From: Ylistrum balloti
Lineage: Eukaryota
Reading direction: 5' to 3'
Assembly (NCBI RefSeq): GCF_031769215.1
Contig: NW_026782190.1
Location: 1,736,001-1,800,000, forward strand
Length of the DNA: 64,000 bases
Each line of letters begins with the position of its first letter. Positions within the stretch are counted from its first letter, which is position 1. The notes under the pieces are model-generated. The model did no database searches and was not told the origin of the DNA. It saw nothing but the letters and a program-made list of their open reading frames with translations. The position numbers were made by a program, and so were the translations under genes. Of the stretch, positions 1-12,217 are shown in pieces.

Positions 1-193
1 GACCTTCATACATGATGTGGGTGTATTTACAACAGTACGAACTTTAACAAATAAAATATAAAATCACGTTTGAAATAAACATTTACGTGTTACAAACTAA
101 ATTGTCTGGATGATGTTAATTCTATTAATAATTTAACAAATTAATTCTATACTAGGATACCAAAGAGGTCTTCAAAAGAGAAATGTACCTTCA

Positions 194-825
194 TTAGCCC
201 GAATTTGATCTAAGAAAGCTTTCCATCAAGTATAGATTGTGCAAACATGATCTTGAAATAGCCAACTGTGGAATAAAAAAACATTCCCAGAATGCCAAGA
301 TTATGTACAGACCGTAATTCATTGGATAATGCCTTTCTGTTTTCATGTTCATCGATAATCGCTAAGATCAAAGTTCTATCTCCAAGTGAACCATTGTACC
401 CCTACTTAAAGTGGTCACACAACCTTAAGAAACATCATGTTGTCATCCAATATAAAACTCTTACCTCAGATCTGTTTATTGAACTATTGATGTCTACCAA
501 TTACGTACGATAAAAGCATTTATCACTGTTTTGCGTGGATAAAGCCCTAAATATACTCTCGCATTTAGAAATGACCTTCTTTAAAAACCATGATTCACTA
601 TGTACCCTCGTATGAAGGTAAATTATCGGATGGTCGTTTTATATAGCACCGGGTCAATAATATACCGATGTTAAGAAAAATTCTTAAGGACTAATGCATT
701 CATGTGAACACCATAAATAACCTTTCCTACTATTAAAAACTGAAATATTGTTTGTTATTAAAGAAGCGGCACGAGGAAAGAAACAACTTAGTGAAAGTCG
801 TGTCATTTCAAAAAAAATAATTATA
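194..825 (-). pseudogene. Toll-like receptor pseudogene, 3' part (end of LRR-CT, TM, TIR domain)
   Basis: Manual minus-strand translation with frameshifts and stops gives RLSLSC (last LRR-CT Cys), a hydrophobic TM-like stretch, H*SLRIFL (juxtamembrane W-x-L-R), DNLPSYEGT (627-601, box1 YDAFxSY-like), SESWFLKKVISKCE (599-558), DINSSINRS, CDHFK and GDRTLILAIIDE..LSNELRSV, in canonical TIR order. Frame ends at TAA 196-194. Confidence 0.6.
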
Positions 826-3800
826 TAGTCGTGGTTATAATGTCTTCTATCACCACATGTAGTGATCGTTATAATGTCTTTTATCACCACATGTAATGAT
901 CGTTTTAATGTCTTCTATCACCACATGTAATGATCGTTATAATGTCTCCTATCACCACATGTAGTGATCGTTATAATGTCTTTTATCACCACATGTAATG
1001 ATCGTTTTAATGTCTTCTATCACCACATGTAATGATCGTTTTAATGTCTTCTATCACCACATGTAGTGATCGTTATAATGTCTCCTATCACCACATGTAG
1101 TGATCGTTATAATGTCTTTTATCACCACATGTAATGATCGTTTTAATGTCTTCTATCACCACATGTAGTGATCGTTATAATGTCTCCTATCACCACATGT
1201 AGTGATCGTTATAATGTCTCCTATCACCACATGTAGTGATCGTTATAATGTCTTCTATCACCACATGTAGTGATCGTTATAATGTCTTCTATCACCACAT
1301 GTAGTGATCGTTATAATGTCTTCTATCACCACATGTAGTGATCGTTATAATGTCTCCTATCACCACATGTAGTGATCGTTATAATGTCTCCTATCACCAC
1401 AAGTAGTGATCGTTATAATGTCTCCTATCACCACAAGTAGTGATCGTTATAATGTCTCCTATCACCACATGTAGTGATCGTTATAATGTCTCCTATCACC
1501 ACATGTAGTGATCGTTATAATGTCTCCTATCACCACATGTAGTGATCGTTATAATGTCTTCTATCACCACATGTAGTGATCGTTATAATGTCTTCTATCA
1601 CCACATGTAGTGATCGTTATAATGTCTTCTATCACCACATGTAGTGATCGTTATAATGTCTTCTATCACCACATGTAGTGATCGTTATAATGTCTTCTAT
1701 CACCACATGTAGTGATCGTTATAATGTCTCCTATCACCACATGTAGTGATCGTTATAATGTCTCCTATCACCACATGTAGTGATCGTTATAATGTCTCCT
1801 ATCACCACATGTAGTGATCGTTATAATGTCTCCTATCACCACATGTAGTGATCGTTATAATGTCTCCTATCACCACATGTAATGATCGTTATAATGTCTC
1901 CTATCACCACATGTAGTGATCGTTATAATGTCTCCTATCACCACATGTCGTTGATCGTTATAATGTGATCCTATCACCACATGTAGTGATCGTTATAATG
2001 TCTCACCACATGTAGTGATCGTTATAATGTCTCCTATCACCACATGTAGTGATCGTTATAATGTCTCCTATCACCACATGTAGTGATCGTTTTAATGTCT
2101 CCTATCACCACATGTAGTGATCGTTATAACGTCTTTTATCACCACATGTAGTGATCGTTATAATGTCTCCTATCACCACATGTAGTGATCGTTATAATGT
2201 CTTCTATCACCACATGTAGTGATCGTTATAATGTCTCCTATCACCACATGTAGTGATCGTTATAATGTCTCCTATCACCACATGTAGTGATCGTTATAAT
2301 GTCTCCTATCACCACATGTAGTGATCGTTATAACGTCTTTTATCACCACATGTAGTGATCGTTATAATGTCTTCTATCACCACATGTAGTGATCGTTTAG
2401 TGATCGTTATAATGTATAATGTCTCCTATCACCACATGTAGTGATCGTTATAATGTCTCTATCACCACTATCACCACATGTAGTGATCGTTATAATGTCT
2501 CCTATCACCACATGTAGTGATAATGTTATGTAGTGATCGTTATAATGTCTCCTATCACCACATGTAGTGATCGTTATAATGTCTCCTATCACCACATGTA
2601 GTGATCGTTATAATGTCTCCTATCACCACATGTAGTGATCGTTATAATGTCTCCTATCACCACATGTAGTGATCGTTATAATGTCTCCTATCACCACATG
2701 TAGTGATCGTTATAATGTCTCCTATATGTAGTGATCGTTATAATGTTCCTATCACCACATCGTAATGTCTTCTATCACCACATGTAGTGATCGTTATAAT
2801 GTCTTCTATCACCACATGTAGTGATCGTTATAATGTCTTCTATCACCACAAGTAGTGATCGTTATAACGTCTTTTATCACCACATGTAGTGATCGTTATA
2901 ATGTCTTCTATCACCACATGTAGTGATCGTTATAATGTCTCCTATCGTCGTTATAATGTCTCCTATCACCACATGTAGTGATCGTTATAATGTCTTTTAT
3001 CACCACATGTAGTGATCGTTATAATGTCTCCTATCACCACATGTAGTGATCGTTATAATGTCTTTTATCACCACATGTAGTGATCGTTATAATGTCTCCT
3101 ATCACCACATGTAGTGATCGTTATAATGTCTCCTATCACCACATGTAGTGATCGTTATAATGTCTCCTATCACCACATGTAGTGATCGTTATAATGTCTT
3201 CTATCACCACATGTAGTGATCGTTATAATGTCTCCTATCACCACATGTAGTGATCGTTATAACCTATCACCACATGTAGTGATCGTTATAATGTCTCCTA
3301 TCACCACATGTAGTGATCGTTATAATGTCGTTATAACATGTAGTGATCGTTATAAGTGTAACCACTATCACACACACATGTAGTGATCGTTATAATGTCT
3401 CCTATCACCACATGTAGTGATCGTTGTCACCACATGTAGTGATCGTTATAATGTCTTTATCACCACATAGTGATCGTTATAATTCTATCACCACATGTAT
3501 CGTGATCGTTGATAATGTCTCACCACATGTAGTGATCGTTATAATGTCTCCTATCACCACATGTAGTGATCGTTATAATGTCTCCTATCACCACATGTAG
3601 TGATCGTTATAATGTCTCCTATCACCACATGTAGTGATCGTTATAATGTCTCCTATCACCACATGTAGTGATCGTTATAATGTCTCCTATCACCACATGT
3701 AGTGATCGTTATAATGTCTCCTATCACCACATGTAGTGATCGTTATAATGTCTCCTATCACCACATGTAGTGATCGTTATAATGTCTCCTATCACCACAT

Positions 3801-6800
3801 GTAGTGATCGTTATAATGTCTCCTATCACCACATGTAGTGATCGTTATAATGTCTCCTATCACCACATGTAATGATCGTTATAATGTCTCCTATCACCAC
3901 ATGTAGTGATCGTTATAATGTCTCCTATCACCACATGTAGTGATCGTTATAATGTCTCCTATCACCACATGTAGTGATCGTTATAATGTCTCCTATCACC
4001 ACATGTAGTGATCGTTTTAATGTTATAATGTCGTTATAATGTTCCTATCACCACATGTAGTGATCGTTATAATGTCTCCTATCACCACATGTAGTGATCG
4101 TTATAATGTCTCCTATCACCACATGTAGTGATCGTTTTAATGTCTCCTATCACCACATGTAGTGATCGTTATAACGTCTTTTATCACCACATGTAGTGAT
4201 CGTTATAACGTCTTTTATCACCACATGTAGTGATCGTTATAATGTCTTCTATCACCACATGTAGTGATCGTTATAATGTCTCCTATCACCACATGTAGTG
4301 ATCGTTATAATGTCTTCTATCACCACATGTAGTGATCGTTATAATGTCTTTCCTATCACCACATGTAGTGATCGTTATAATGTCTCCTATCACCACATGT
4401 AGTGATCGTTATAATGTCTCCTATCACCACAAGTAGTGATCGTTATAATGTCTTCTATCACCACAAGTAATCGTCGTTATAATGTCTCCTATCACCACAT
4501 GTAGTGATCGTTATAATGTCTCCTATCACCACATGTAGTGATCGTTATAATGTCTCCTATCACCACATGTAGTGATCGTTATAATGTCTCCTATCACCAC
4601 ATGTAGTGATCGTTATAATGTCTCCTATCACCACATGTAGTGATCGTTATAATGTCTCCTATCACCACATGTAGTGATCGTTATAATGTCTCCTATCACC
4701 ACATGTAGTGATCGTTATAATGTCTCCTATCACCACATGTAGTGATCGTTATAATGTCTTCTATCACCACATGTAGTGATCGTTATAATGTCTCCTATCA
4801 CCACATGTAATGATCGTCACCACATGTAGTGATCGTTATAACTTCATCCTATCACCACATGTAGTGATCGTTATAATGTCTTCTATCACCACATGTAGTG
4901 ATCGTTATAATGTCTCCTATCACCACATGTAGTGATCGTTATAATGTCTTCTATCACCACATGTAGTGATCGTTATAATGTCTCCTATCACCATCGTTTT
5001 AATGTCTCCTATCACCACATGTAGTGATCGTTATAATGTCTCCTATCACCACATGTAGTGATCGTTATAACGTCTTTTATCACCACAAGTAGTGATCGTT
5101 ATACTGTCTCCTATCACCACATGTAGTGATCGTTTTAATGTCTTCTATCACCACATGTAATGATCGTTATAATGTCTCCTATCACCACATGTAGTGATCG
5201 TCGTATCACCACATGTAATGATCGTTATAATGTCTCCTATCACCACATGTAGTGATCGTTATAATGTCTCCTATCACCACAAGTAGTGATCGTTATAATG
5301 TCTCCTATCACCACATGTAGTGATCGTTATAATGTCTTCTATCACCACATGTAGTGATCGTTTTAATGTCTCCTATCACCACATGTAGTGATCGTTATAA
5401 CTTCTTTTATCACCACATGTAGTGATCCAACATGTAGTGATCGTTATAATGTCTCCTATCACCACATGTAGTGATCGTTATACTGTCTCCTATCACCACA
5501 TGTAGTGATCGTTATAATGTCTCCTATCACCACATGTAGTGATCGTTATAATGTCTCCTATCACCACATGTAGTGATCGTTATAATGTCTCCTATCACCA
5601 CATGTAGTGATCGTTATAGTGATCGTTATAATGTCTCCTATCACCACAAGTAGTGATCGTTATAATGTCTCCTATCACCACATGTAGTGATCGTTATAAT
5701 GTCTCCTATCACCACATGTAGTGATCGTTATAATGTCTTCTATCACCACAAGTAGTGATCGTTATAATGTCTCCTATCACCACATGTAGTGATCGTTATA
5801 ATGTCTCCTATCACCACATGTAGTGATCGTTATAATGTCTTCTATCACCACATGTAGTGATCGTTATAATGTCTCCTATCACCACATGTAGTGATCGTTA
5901 TAATGTCTCCTATCACCACATGTAGTGATCGTTATAATGTCTCCTATCACCACATGTAGTGATCGTTATAATGTCTCCTATCACCACATGTAGTGATCGT
6001 TATAATGTCTTCTATCACCACATGTAGTGATCGTTATAATGTCTTCTATCACCACATGTAGTGATCGTTATAACTTCTTTTATCACCACATGTAGTGATC
6101 GTTATAATGTCTTCTATCACCACATGTAGTGATCGTTATAATTTCTTTTATCACCACATGTAGTGATCGTTATAATGTCTCCTATCACCACATGTAATGT
6201 CTTCTATCACCACATGTAGTGATCGTTATAATGTCTTCTATCACCACATGTAGTGATCGTTATAATGTCTCCTATCACCACATGTAGTGATCGTTATAAT
6301 GTCTCCTATCACCACATGTAGTGATCGTTATAATGTCTCCTATCACCACATGTAGTGATCGTTATAATGTCTTCTATCACCACAAGTAGTGATCGTTATA
6401 ATGTCTCCTATCACCACATGTAGTGATCGTTATAATGTCTCCTATCACCACATGTAGTGATCGTTATAATGTCTCCTATCACCACAAGTAGTGATCGTTA
6501 TAATGTCTCCTATCACCACATGTAGTGATCGTTATAATGTCTCCTATCACCACATGTGTAGTGATCGTTATAATGTCTCCTATCACCACATGTAGTGATC
6601 GTTATAACGTCATTTATCACCACATGTAGTGATCGTTATAATGTCTTCTATCACCACATGTGATAGTGATCGTTATAACAAGTAGTGATCGTCTCCTATG
6701 TAGTGATCGTGATCGTTCTATCACCACATGTAGTGATGTATAATGTCTCCTATCACCACATGTAGTGATCGTTATAATGTCTCCTATCACCACATGTAGT

Positions 6801-7193
6801 GATCGTTATAATGTCTCCTATCACCACAAGTAGTGATCGTTATAATGTCTCCTATCACCACATGTAGTGATCGTTATAATGTCTCCTATCACCACATGTA
6901 GTGATCGTTATAATGTCTCCTATCACCACATGTAGTGATCGTTCTATCACCACATGTAGTGATCGTTATAATGTCTCCTATCACCACATGTAGTGATCGT
7001 TATAATGTCTTCTATCACCACATGTAGTGATCGTTATAATGTCTTCTATCACCACAAGTAGTGATCGTTATAATGTCTTCTATCACCACAAGTAGTGATC
7101 GTTATACTGTCTCCTATCACCACATGTAATCGTCGCTATAATGTAATCGTCGCTATAATGTCTTCTATCACCACATGTAGTGATCGTTATAAT
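826..7193. repeat. 34-bp minisatellite array, ~185 copies (CTATCACCACATGTAGTGATCGTTATAATGTCTC)
   Basis: Directly visible head-to-tail repeat with period 34 (e.g. 1201 to 1235), recurrent point variants and scattered truncated units. Confidence 0.99.
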
Positions 7194-7748
7194 AACATGC
7201 ACAGATAGGGAATTCCAAAGATTTACAGCCGAAGGAAGAAAAGAGTCTTTGTATAGCTTTGTTCTTCATGCAACTGGACGGAAGTTCGCTGCGTCTCTAG
7301 TGTTATGGTTATGCAGGTCGGATTGACGAGGTGGAAGGAGGTCATGAAGGAATGACGGCGATAAACCGTGAATTATATTACTATGTTTGCGTCTGGTGGA
7401 AAGACTAACCCAACCAGTTTCTTTATAAAGTATATTTATACTTGTAAGCTTGGTTCCTCCAGTTATGATTCTAGCCGCTTCTAGTTGAATACTTTCTATT
7501 GCATTTGACTGGGTTGTCGTTATATTATCCCAGACGATATTGGCGTATTCTAGAACTGACCTTATGAAAGAAAAGTACATAGTCTGCAAAGACTTTCTAT
7601 CCACTTTAAATTTTAGTTTTCTCATAAGTCCTATTTTTTCACTAACCTTTTTGATTATATTATCAACATGATCTGCCCAACCCCCATTTTCAGATAGTTC
7701 AACGCCAAGATGTCTATGGGAGAGGAATATTGTTCATAAACAAAGTGT
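7194..7748 (-). mobile_element. Internal fragment of a CR1/L2-clade LINE ORF2 (RT C-terminal region)
   Basis: HRHLGVELSENGGWADHVDNIIKKVSEKIGLMRKLKFKVDRKSLQTMYFSFIRSVLEYANIVWD...RTKLYKDSFLPSAVNLWNSL; truncated at both ends, no tail. Confidence 0.9.
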
Positions 7749-7822
7749 GTCTTCTATCACCATATGTAGTCGTCGTTATAATGTCTTTCTTCACTATGAG
7801 TTATTCTCGTAATGATGTCTCC
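7749..7822. repeat. Orphan 34-bp monomer plus a degenerate progenitor-like unit beyond the LINE fragment
   Basis: GTCTTCTATCACCATATGTAGTCGTCGTTATAATGTC continues the monomer cut at 7193; a more diverged unit ending ATGTCTCC follows. Confidence 0.8.
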
Positions 7823-9806
7823 ATCTGGCCAGCCATTTTGTGTCTTGTTTATGATAATTGCCACTGCAACAAAAGTATCCTGAAAATGGTAAAATTATTT
7901 ATAAAAGTAAATCCTAAATGCGTTTGTTAATATCTTTCACACCTGAACAAGGAAGCAACTCTAACACGAATCATCTCAGTTCAGATGTGTATAAAATACA
8001 CATACTGAGAGTGTTAGTCACGTAATTGTAAAATGTGTGGCATTAAGCTGACACGATGTAAGAAATATTACAACTGACACATCATATTATTGTCTTATCA
8101 CGTTTGACATCTTCAACGTCTTATATATCAAATCAAATAATATACACCTGTGAAAAAAACACCAATCATAAACAGATATTGCCTTTGAATTCGGGGAAAT
8201 GCCAGAAATGTTTTTTGTCAAAATCTAGTAAGTAATATCGGCGGTATGGTTCAATATTGGTAGTGGATCCTAACAAATTTTCGTTAGATTGGTATTACTG
8301 GAAAAGATATATGATCTGTGAAGTATTACGACCGTACAAACATATAAACTGTCAGCTTTTCGTGGGAATTTATCCCTTTATCCAGACATATTTGATTACA
8401 TAAGTTACATCACATACATAGAACATAAAACAAAGACATAAACTATGATTGAGAGCGGTGGTGCAAATCTAGGTGTCTCGACAATCCCTTCAGGCGATGG
8501 ATGCAGAAGGTCGTTTATACTGAGCATAAAGTCATCTTAAGCTGTTGTATGAAAGACGGGGATTTCGCACGAATTCCCGTAACACGGTCCATAAACGTTG
8601 TATAGTTTAAAACTGTACTATTGAAATAGTAAAACTGAACGTATTTTTTGCATTACAATAAATACATTTATATGAACAAAGATCGGAACATCTTGCTAAG
8701 TCCCTGTGGATTTTAATTATAAAATCACTCTTCTAGAACGTAATGGCTTGTCGGTAAATCTCGGTCCCATGCTAAATAAGAATAAAACAATGGACCCCAG
8801 ATCAGTCAACCGAGTCAGTCAAAGAATTTAGATTGTCTACTTCCAATATAGAATTCAATATCGGCACCAGTTTTAAATATGAACGAAAGTGAAAGTAGAG
8901 ACTTAAGAGCCATATGATAAGTATAGTCAAAATAAAAACGGGTAAGTGGGGAGAGGGCAATCCTGCTGTACTTTACGAGTTGCCGCATGTAGGATGTACC
9001 GATCATCAAGTGTGTCTGATCGAACCCGTCTGAAGTAGCAAGATCATCTCTAGTTCGTGTCGAATGGGTAGCAGGTTTGAATATGAATATACATACTCTA
9101 TAATGATATTTAAACTCTTAACTCCCAGCAATATGTATGACACTAAGGAAAATCTGTCCTTTTGCTTCAACATAAATTTTCACCTTTTTCCAGTCAAATT
9201 TTTGGTAATCATCCCTCTTATATTTAGAAACATGGGAATACAAGCTATCCAAACCTTTTGACAAAACTTTTTCGGCTTTATAATGACGTAACCGTAGCAG
9301 CCAGAATTTTAAGCATTTGAAATAAATATCACTTTCATAACATTAGTAAGTGTTTTCGACGATTGAAGTGAATAAAAAATATCAGAAATTCGTAGTATTG
9401 TGATATATTGGATTAGGAACCTAAGAATATGTATATGCCAGAAATTTACTAATTCATGGTTGTTGCCATGGTTACTAGTTCGTTTTTCGAATAGTTGATG
9501 TTGTCTAAATACGCATTTGCTTTTTTTTTGTTTTTTTTTTTGGTCTGTCCAAATTTCATTACATAAGAAAATCTTTGCATATAATGAATAATAGTTTAGT
9601 CAACCACCAGAATATAAAATAGGAAACTGAAAACTTGTTTGTTAGAATTTCCCAGCAGTTATTTCTTTCCTTATATCGGTATTTATATTTGTCTAAGTAT
9701 GGATGAAATGGGACCAATAATCTGTGATCACAATAGTACAAAGATGGTCTACTCCAGTACAGGTATTAGACCAAAACAAAGTCATCACGGATATCACTAA
9801 CTACAA
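7790..9806 (-). pseudogene. Toll-like receptor pseudogene, 5' part (signal peptide, LRR-NT, LRRs, start of LRR-CT)
   Basis: Broken frames give LVISVMTLFWSNTCTG (signal-like, after acceptor CTACAG), YCDHRLLVP (9735-9709, LRR-NT-like), KGLDSL, LKSLLSLS, LSYNSLR (8555-8535), IFSSNTNLTKI (8308-8276) and FSGYFCCSGNYH..KWL (LRR-CT-like). Together with the 194-825 part this is ~2.7 kb, a typical TLR size. Confidence 0.5.
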
Positions 9807-10639
9807 TTTCGTTAAAGCAATCTGCCTGTAGTATTACATAATGATGAAAAGTGGGAAGACCGCTTGCACCGGATGTTCACTACTTAAAATTTGAAAATAA
9901 ACAAATAAATAAAAATAGAAATTGGAAGTCTACATGGGTGGCGAAGAAGATGTTCGTGTATTCTTGTCACCGATTGCTGTCAGCTTTTCAACACAATGTG
10001 TTTATGAAGCTATGGTGATCTATTAACCTTGATTCTAGTGATATAGGCAATTTAACACAGTAATTGTCGTAGTCTTGCTGACTATTGCTATCAGCAAACA
10101 CATTGATGTGAGAAAAACCGGATGACAACAACATTTCATTTAAACCTGTTTGTATTGGGAACAAGTTCTACAACTTATATAAAGCCCTTTCTGCGCTTAA
10201 TACACATAAATTATATTTACAAGGTGGCAGTATGATACAATGATTAACAATTACAAACAAGTTTAGAGAGAGGGGAAGGAGGTGTATGTTTAGAATACTT
10301 TATATTGAGTTAGATCATGCAAACGAAACATGTGACACACTGTCCACATGCCTAAACTCACAACTTGTCAATGTCTATCACTTCTCGTGCTTTGTATACT
10401 TCCTCCTTGACACTCGTTGCTTTCTGAAATCTCCGTTTCACTTGTTCGTTTACACAGAGAAGGAGCAGGTACATGGTACACCCATACAAATGCTTTCCCA
10501 TTATGACTATTATATTAATTTCTTTCATAAAGATATCACTGCAGTGATATCATTCACAAATAGTAATAGTATAGAATACATGACTTCAGAAGAGTGAGGA
10601 AGAGAGGGACAGAGAAATTAAAAAATATGCTTGTTAGAT

Positions 10640-11700
10640 TCTGTTTGTTATATTGCTGAGTACGCAAAAAATTGTCCAAAAATACATTTATGTCCGCATA
10701 AAAAATCTCTTGTCCTGTTCTAAGATTGTTTGCGTAATTTCGATGCTTCCTGAAGCTATTTAGCTTATTAGGAGTGCGTGTAATAATCTGTTTTTTTTCT
10801 AATTTCGCGTTTTAAGTCCGAGTTGAACCATGGTTTGTCATTAGGTATAATTGTAACTGTTTAAGAAGGAATACACTCATAAGTAATTTCTTAGTACCTT
10901 GTAGTAAAAATGTCACACATGTCGTCATGTTAATGTTTGTCCATAAAAAGTTCAGTCCAAAATGTATCTAAAAGTCGATTGTTCATAATCTGCATCCTTA
11001 TAACATAAAAAACATTTTATAACTTTTTACAATGTTAATCCCAACAGTCACGTTCACAGTTGTTGCTTGATGATAGGAATAATCACGATCTATATCGATT
11101 ACGACTGTCGCTGGAAAAGTGCACGTGTCAGAAATAAGAATTGGGTCAAGAAGCGGGTTCCGCGTGGGTCCAATCCATATCGGTCTGTTGATCACGTTAA
11201 CCAAATTGTAGGATTTCATTACATCAACGAGTGCGTGTTTTTATCTTATACTACAAAGTCAACATTCATATCACCAAGTATAACTACATGAGGAGTTTCA
11301 GTCAAAACAGTTAAAATTGAGAAACGGAAAAGAAGTTCCACAAAGTGTGATGAACATTTGGTGGTCTATAGACTGCATACAAGGATTTTTTACTTGGAAA
11401 CTGGACCTCATCCTATACAACTTCACCGGACGGAAATTCCAAGTCATTTCTACTACACGTGCGCCAAAGACTGTAAGTGTACACATTCGTGTTTCCACGG
11501 TCCTTTCGGTACATAATCAAATTCACTAAGAGTACGTCATCGTCAGCTATATATGTAAGTCAAGATGAGTCTCTGTAATACAAACTATAACAAAATCAGA
11601 TGCTATGTGTTCTAGATATGATAACTTGTTTCTTAACCTACGTATGTCAGATGAAAAATAAAAAAAAAGAACAAAAGTTGTTCAGCATTTTCTCCAAACT
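10640..11700 (-). mobile_element. Decayed CR1/L2-clade LINE ORF2 N-terminus (APE endonuclease and linker)
   Basis: IRRLRNKLSYLEHIASDFVIVCITETHLD, MYRKDR, VYRPPN, VVILGDMNVDF, PLLDPILISD and TVTIIPNDKPWFNSDLKREIRKK motifs across broken frames. Confidence 0.85.
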
Positions 11701-11889
11701 TATGAGATACAATCAGAGATCAATACCTCCACAACTAAGGGAGATAAGTCTGTTTTCCCAACATCGTCGTCACAATGCGTACAAATGCGTAGTTGGGAGT
11801 TAAACTTTAAACTTTATTTTACAATAATTGCGAAACAAGTTATTTAATTTACGCTATTAGTAGTATTGCAAGTAGGTTTAGTGGTTAGT

Positions 11890-12190
11890 TTTAACCGCCT
11901 GCATGTCATGCCACGTATTGTAATGTCTTGCTACAGCAGGTCTGGTCGTGTCTGTGTGATGCAATACCATTGATTGTTGATCCCGAGATGAAGTGTTTTT
12001 ATGTCTTCCCTACATGCTACAAATGGAACTAACCACACGTAATTACTAATATTACATTGACAGCTGTGTATAATACTGGAGGGGGTGGCAGGTCTGACTG
12101 TTGATTTCATACAAGTCAGTTGGCTGCTGATTTGCAAGAAAATAAAGATCAACACAGACAGTGTAGTTTTGAAAACTATCTGATACTATT
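11890..12190 (-). mobile_element. Possible Penelope-like element GIY-YIG endonuclease remnant (target of the RTE-X insertion)
   Basis: CQCNISNYV...TLHLGINNQWYCI...PAVARHYNT resembles the PLE endonuclease pattern (C-SSNVVY...RINNH...PVARHFN); heavily decayed. Confidence 0.35.
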
Positions 12191-12217
12191 GAAGCTGAAC
12201 CTGCTTGATGCTCGATA
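12191..12217 (+). repeat. Left target-site duplication (27 bp)
   Basis: GAAGCTGAACCTGCTTGATGCTCGATA, identical to 14358-14384. Confidence 0.95.

Noticed and set aside
684-2595. ORFs 684-890 and 2407-2595 (also 14856-15080, 21701-21886, 25190-25384, 29399-29647, 41936-42148, 42355-42558)
   Set aside because: They are chance translations of minisatellite units whose length is not a multiple of three.
826-7193. CRISPR-like appearance of the 34-bp array (also the 35-bp arrays)
   Set aside because: Units are contiguous with no unique spacers, there are no cas genes, and the context is eukaryotic.
7760-7879. Terminal exon after a good-looking TTTTCAG acceptor (DTFVAVAII...)
   Set aside because: No upstream partner exon found; an alternative frame through the same bases gives an LRR-CT-like motif.
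8815-9300. L1/Tx1 LINE C-terminus reading (FDWKKV..EFKY)
   Set aside because: No convincing CCHC knuckle; the flanking LRR-NT/LRR/LRR-CT motifs in register favour the TLR ectodomain, though this remains uncertain.
10532-10551. Perfect 20-bp palindrome GATATCACTGCAGTGATATC
   Set aside because: Real but isolated; no associated element ends or function can be supported.
10286-10597. 103-aa plus-strand ORF
   Set aside because: No recognisable motif or splice context.
11713-11750. Possible 2A-like (GDIExNPGP) peptide upstream of the CR1 ORF2
   Set aside because: Only LISLSCGGIDL* remains; the NPGP is absent.
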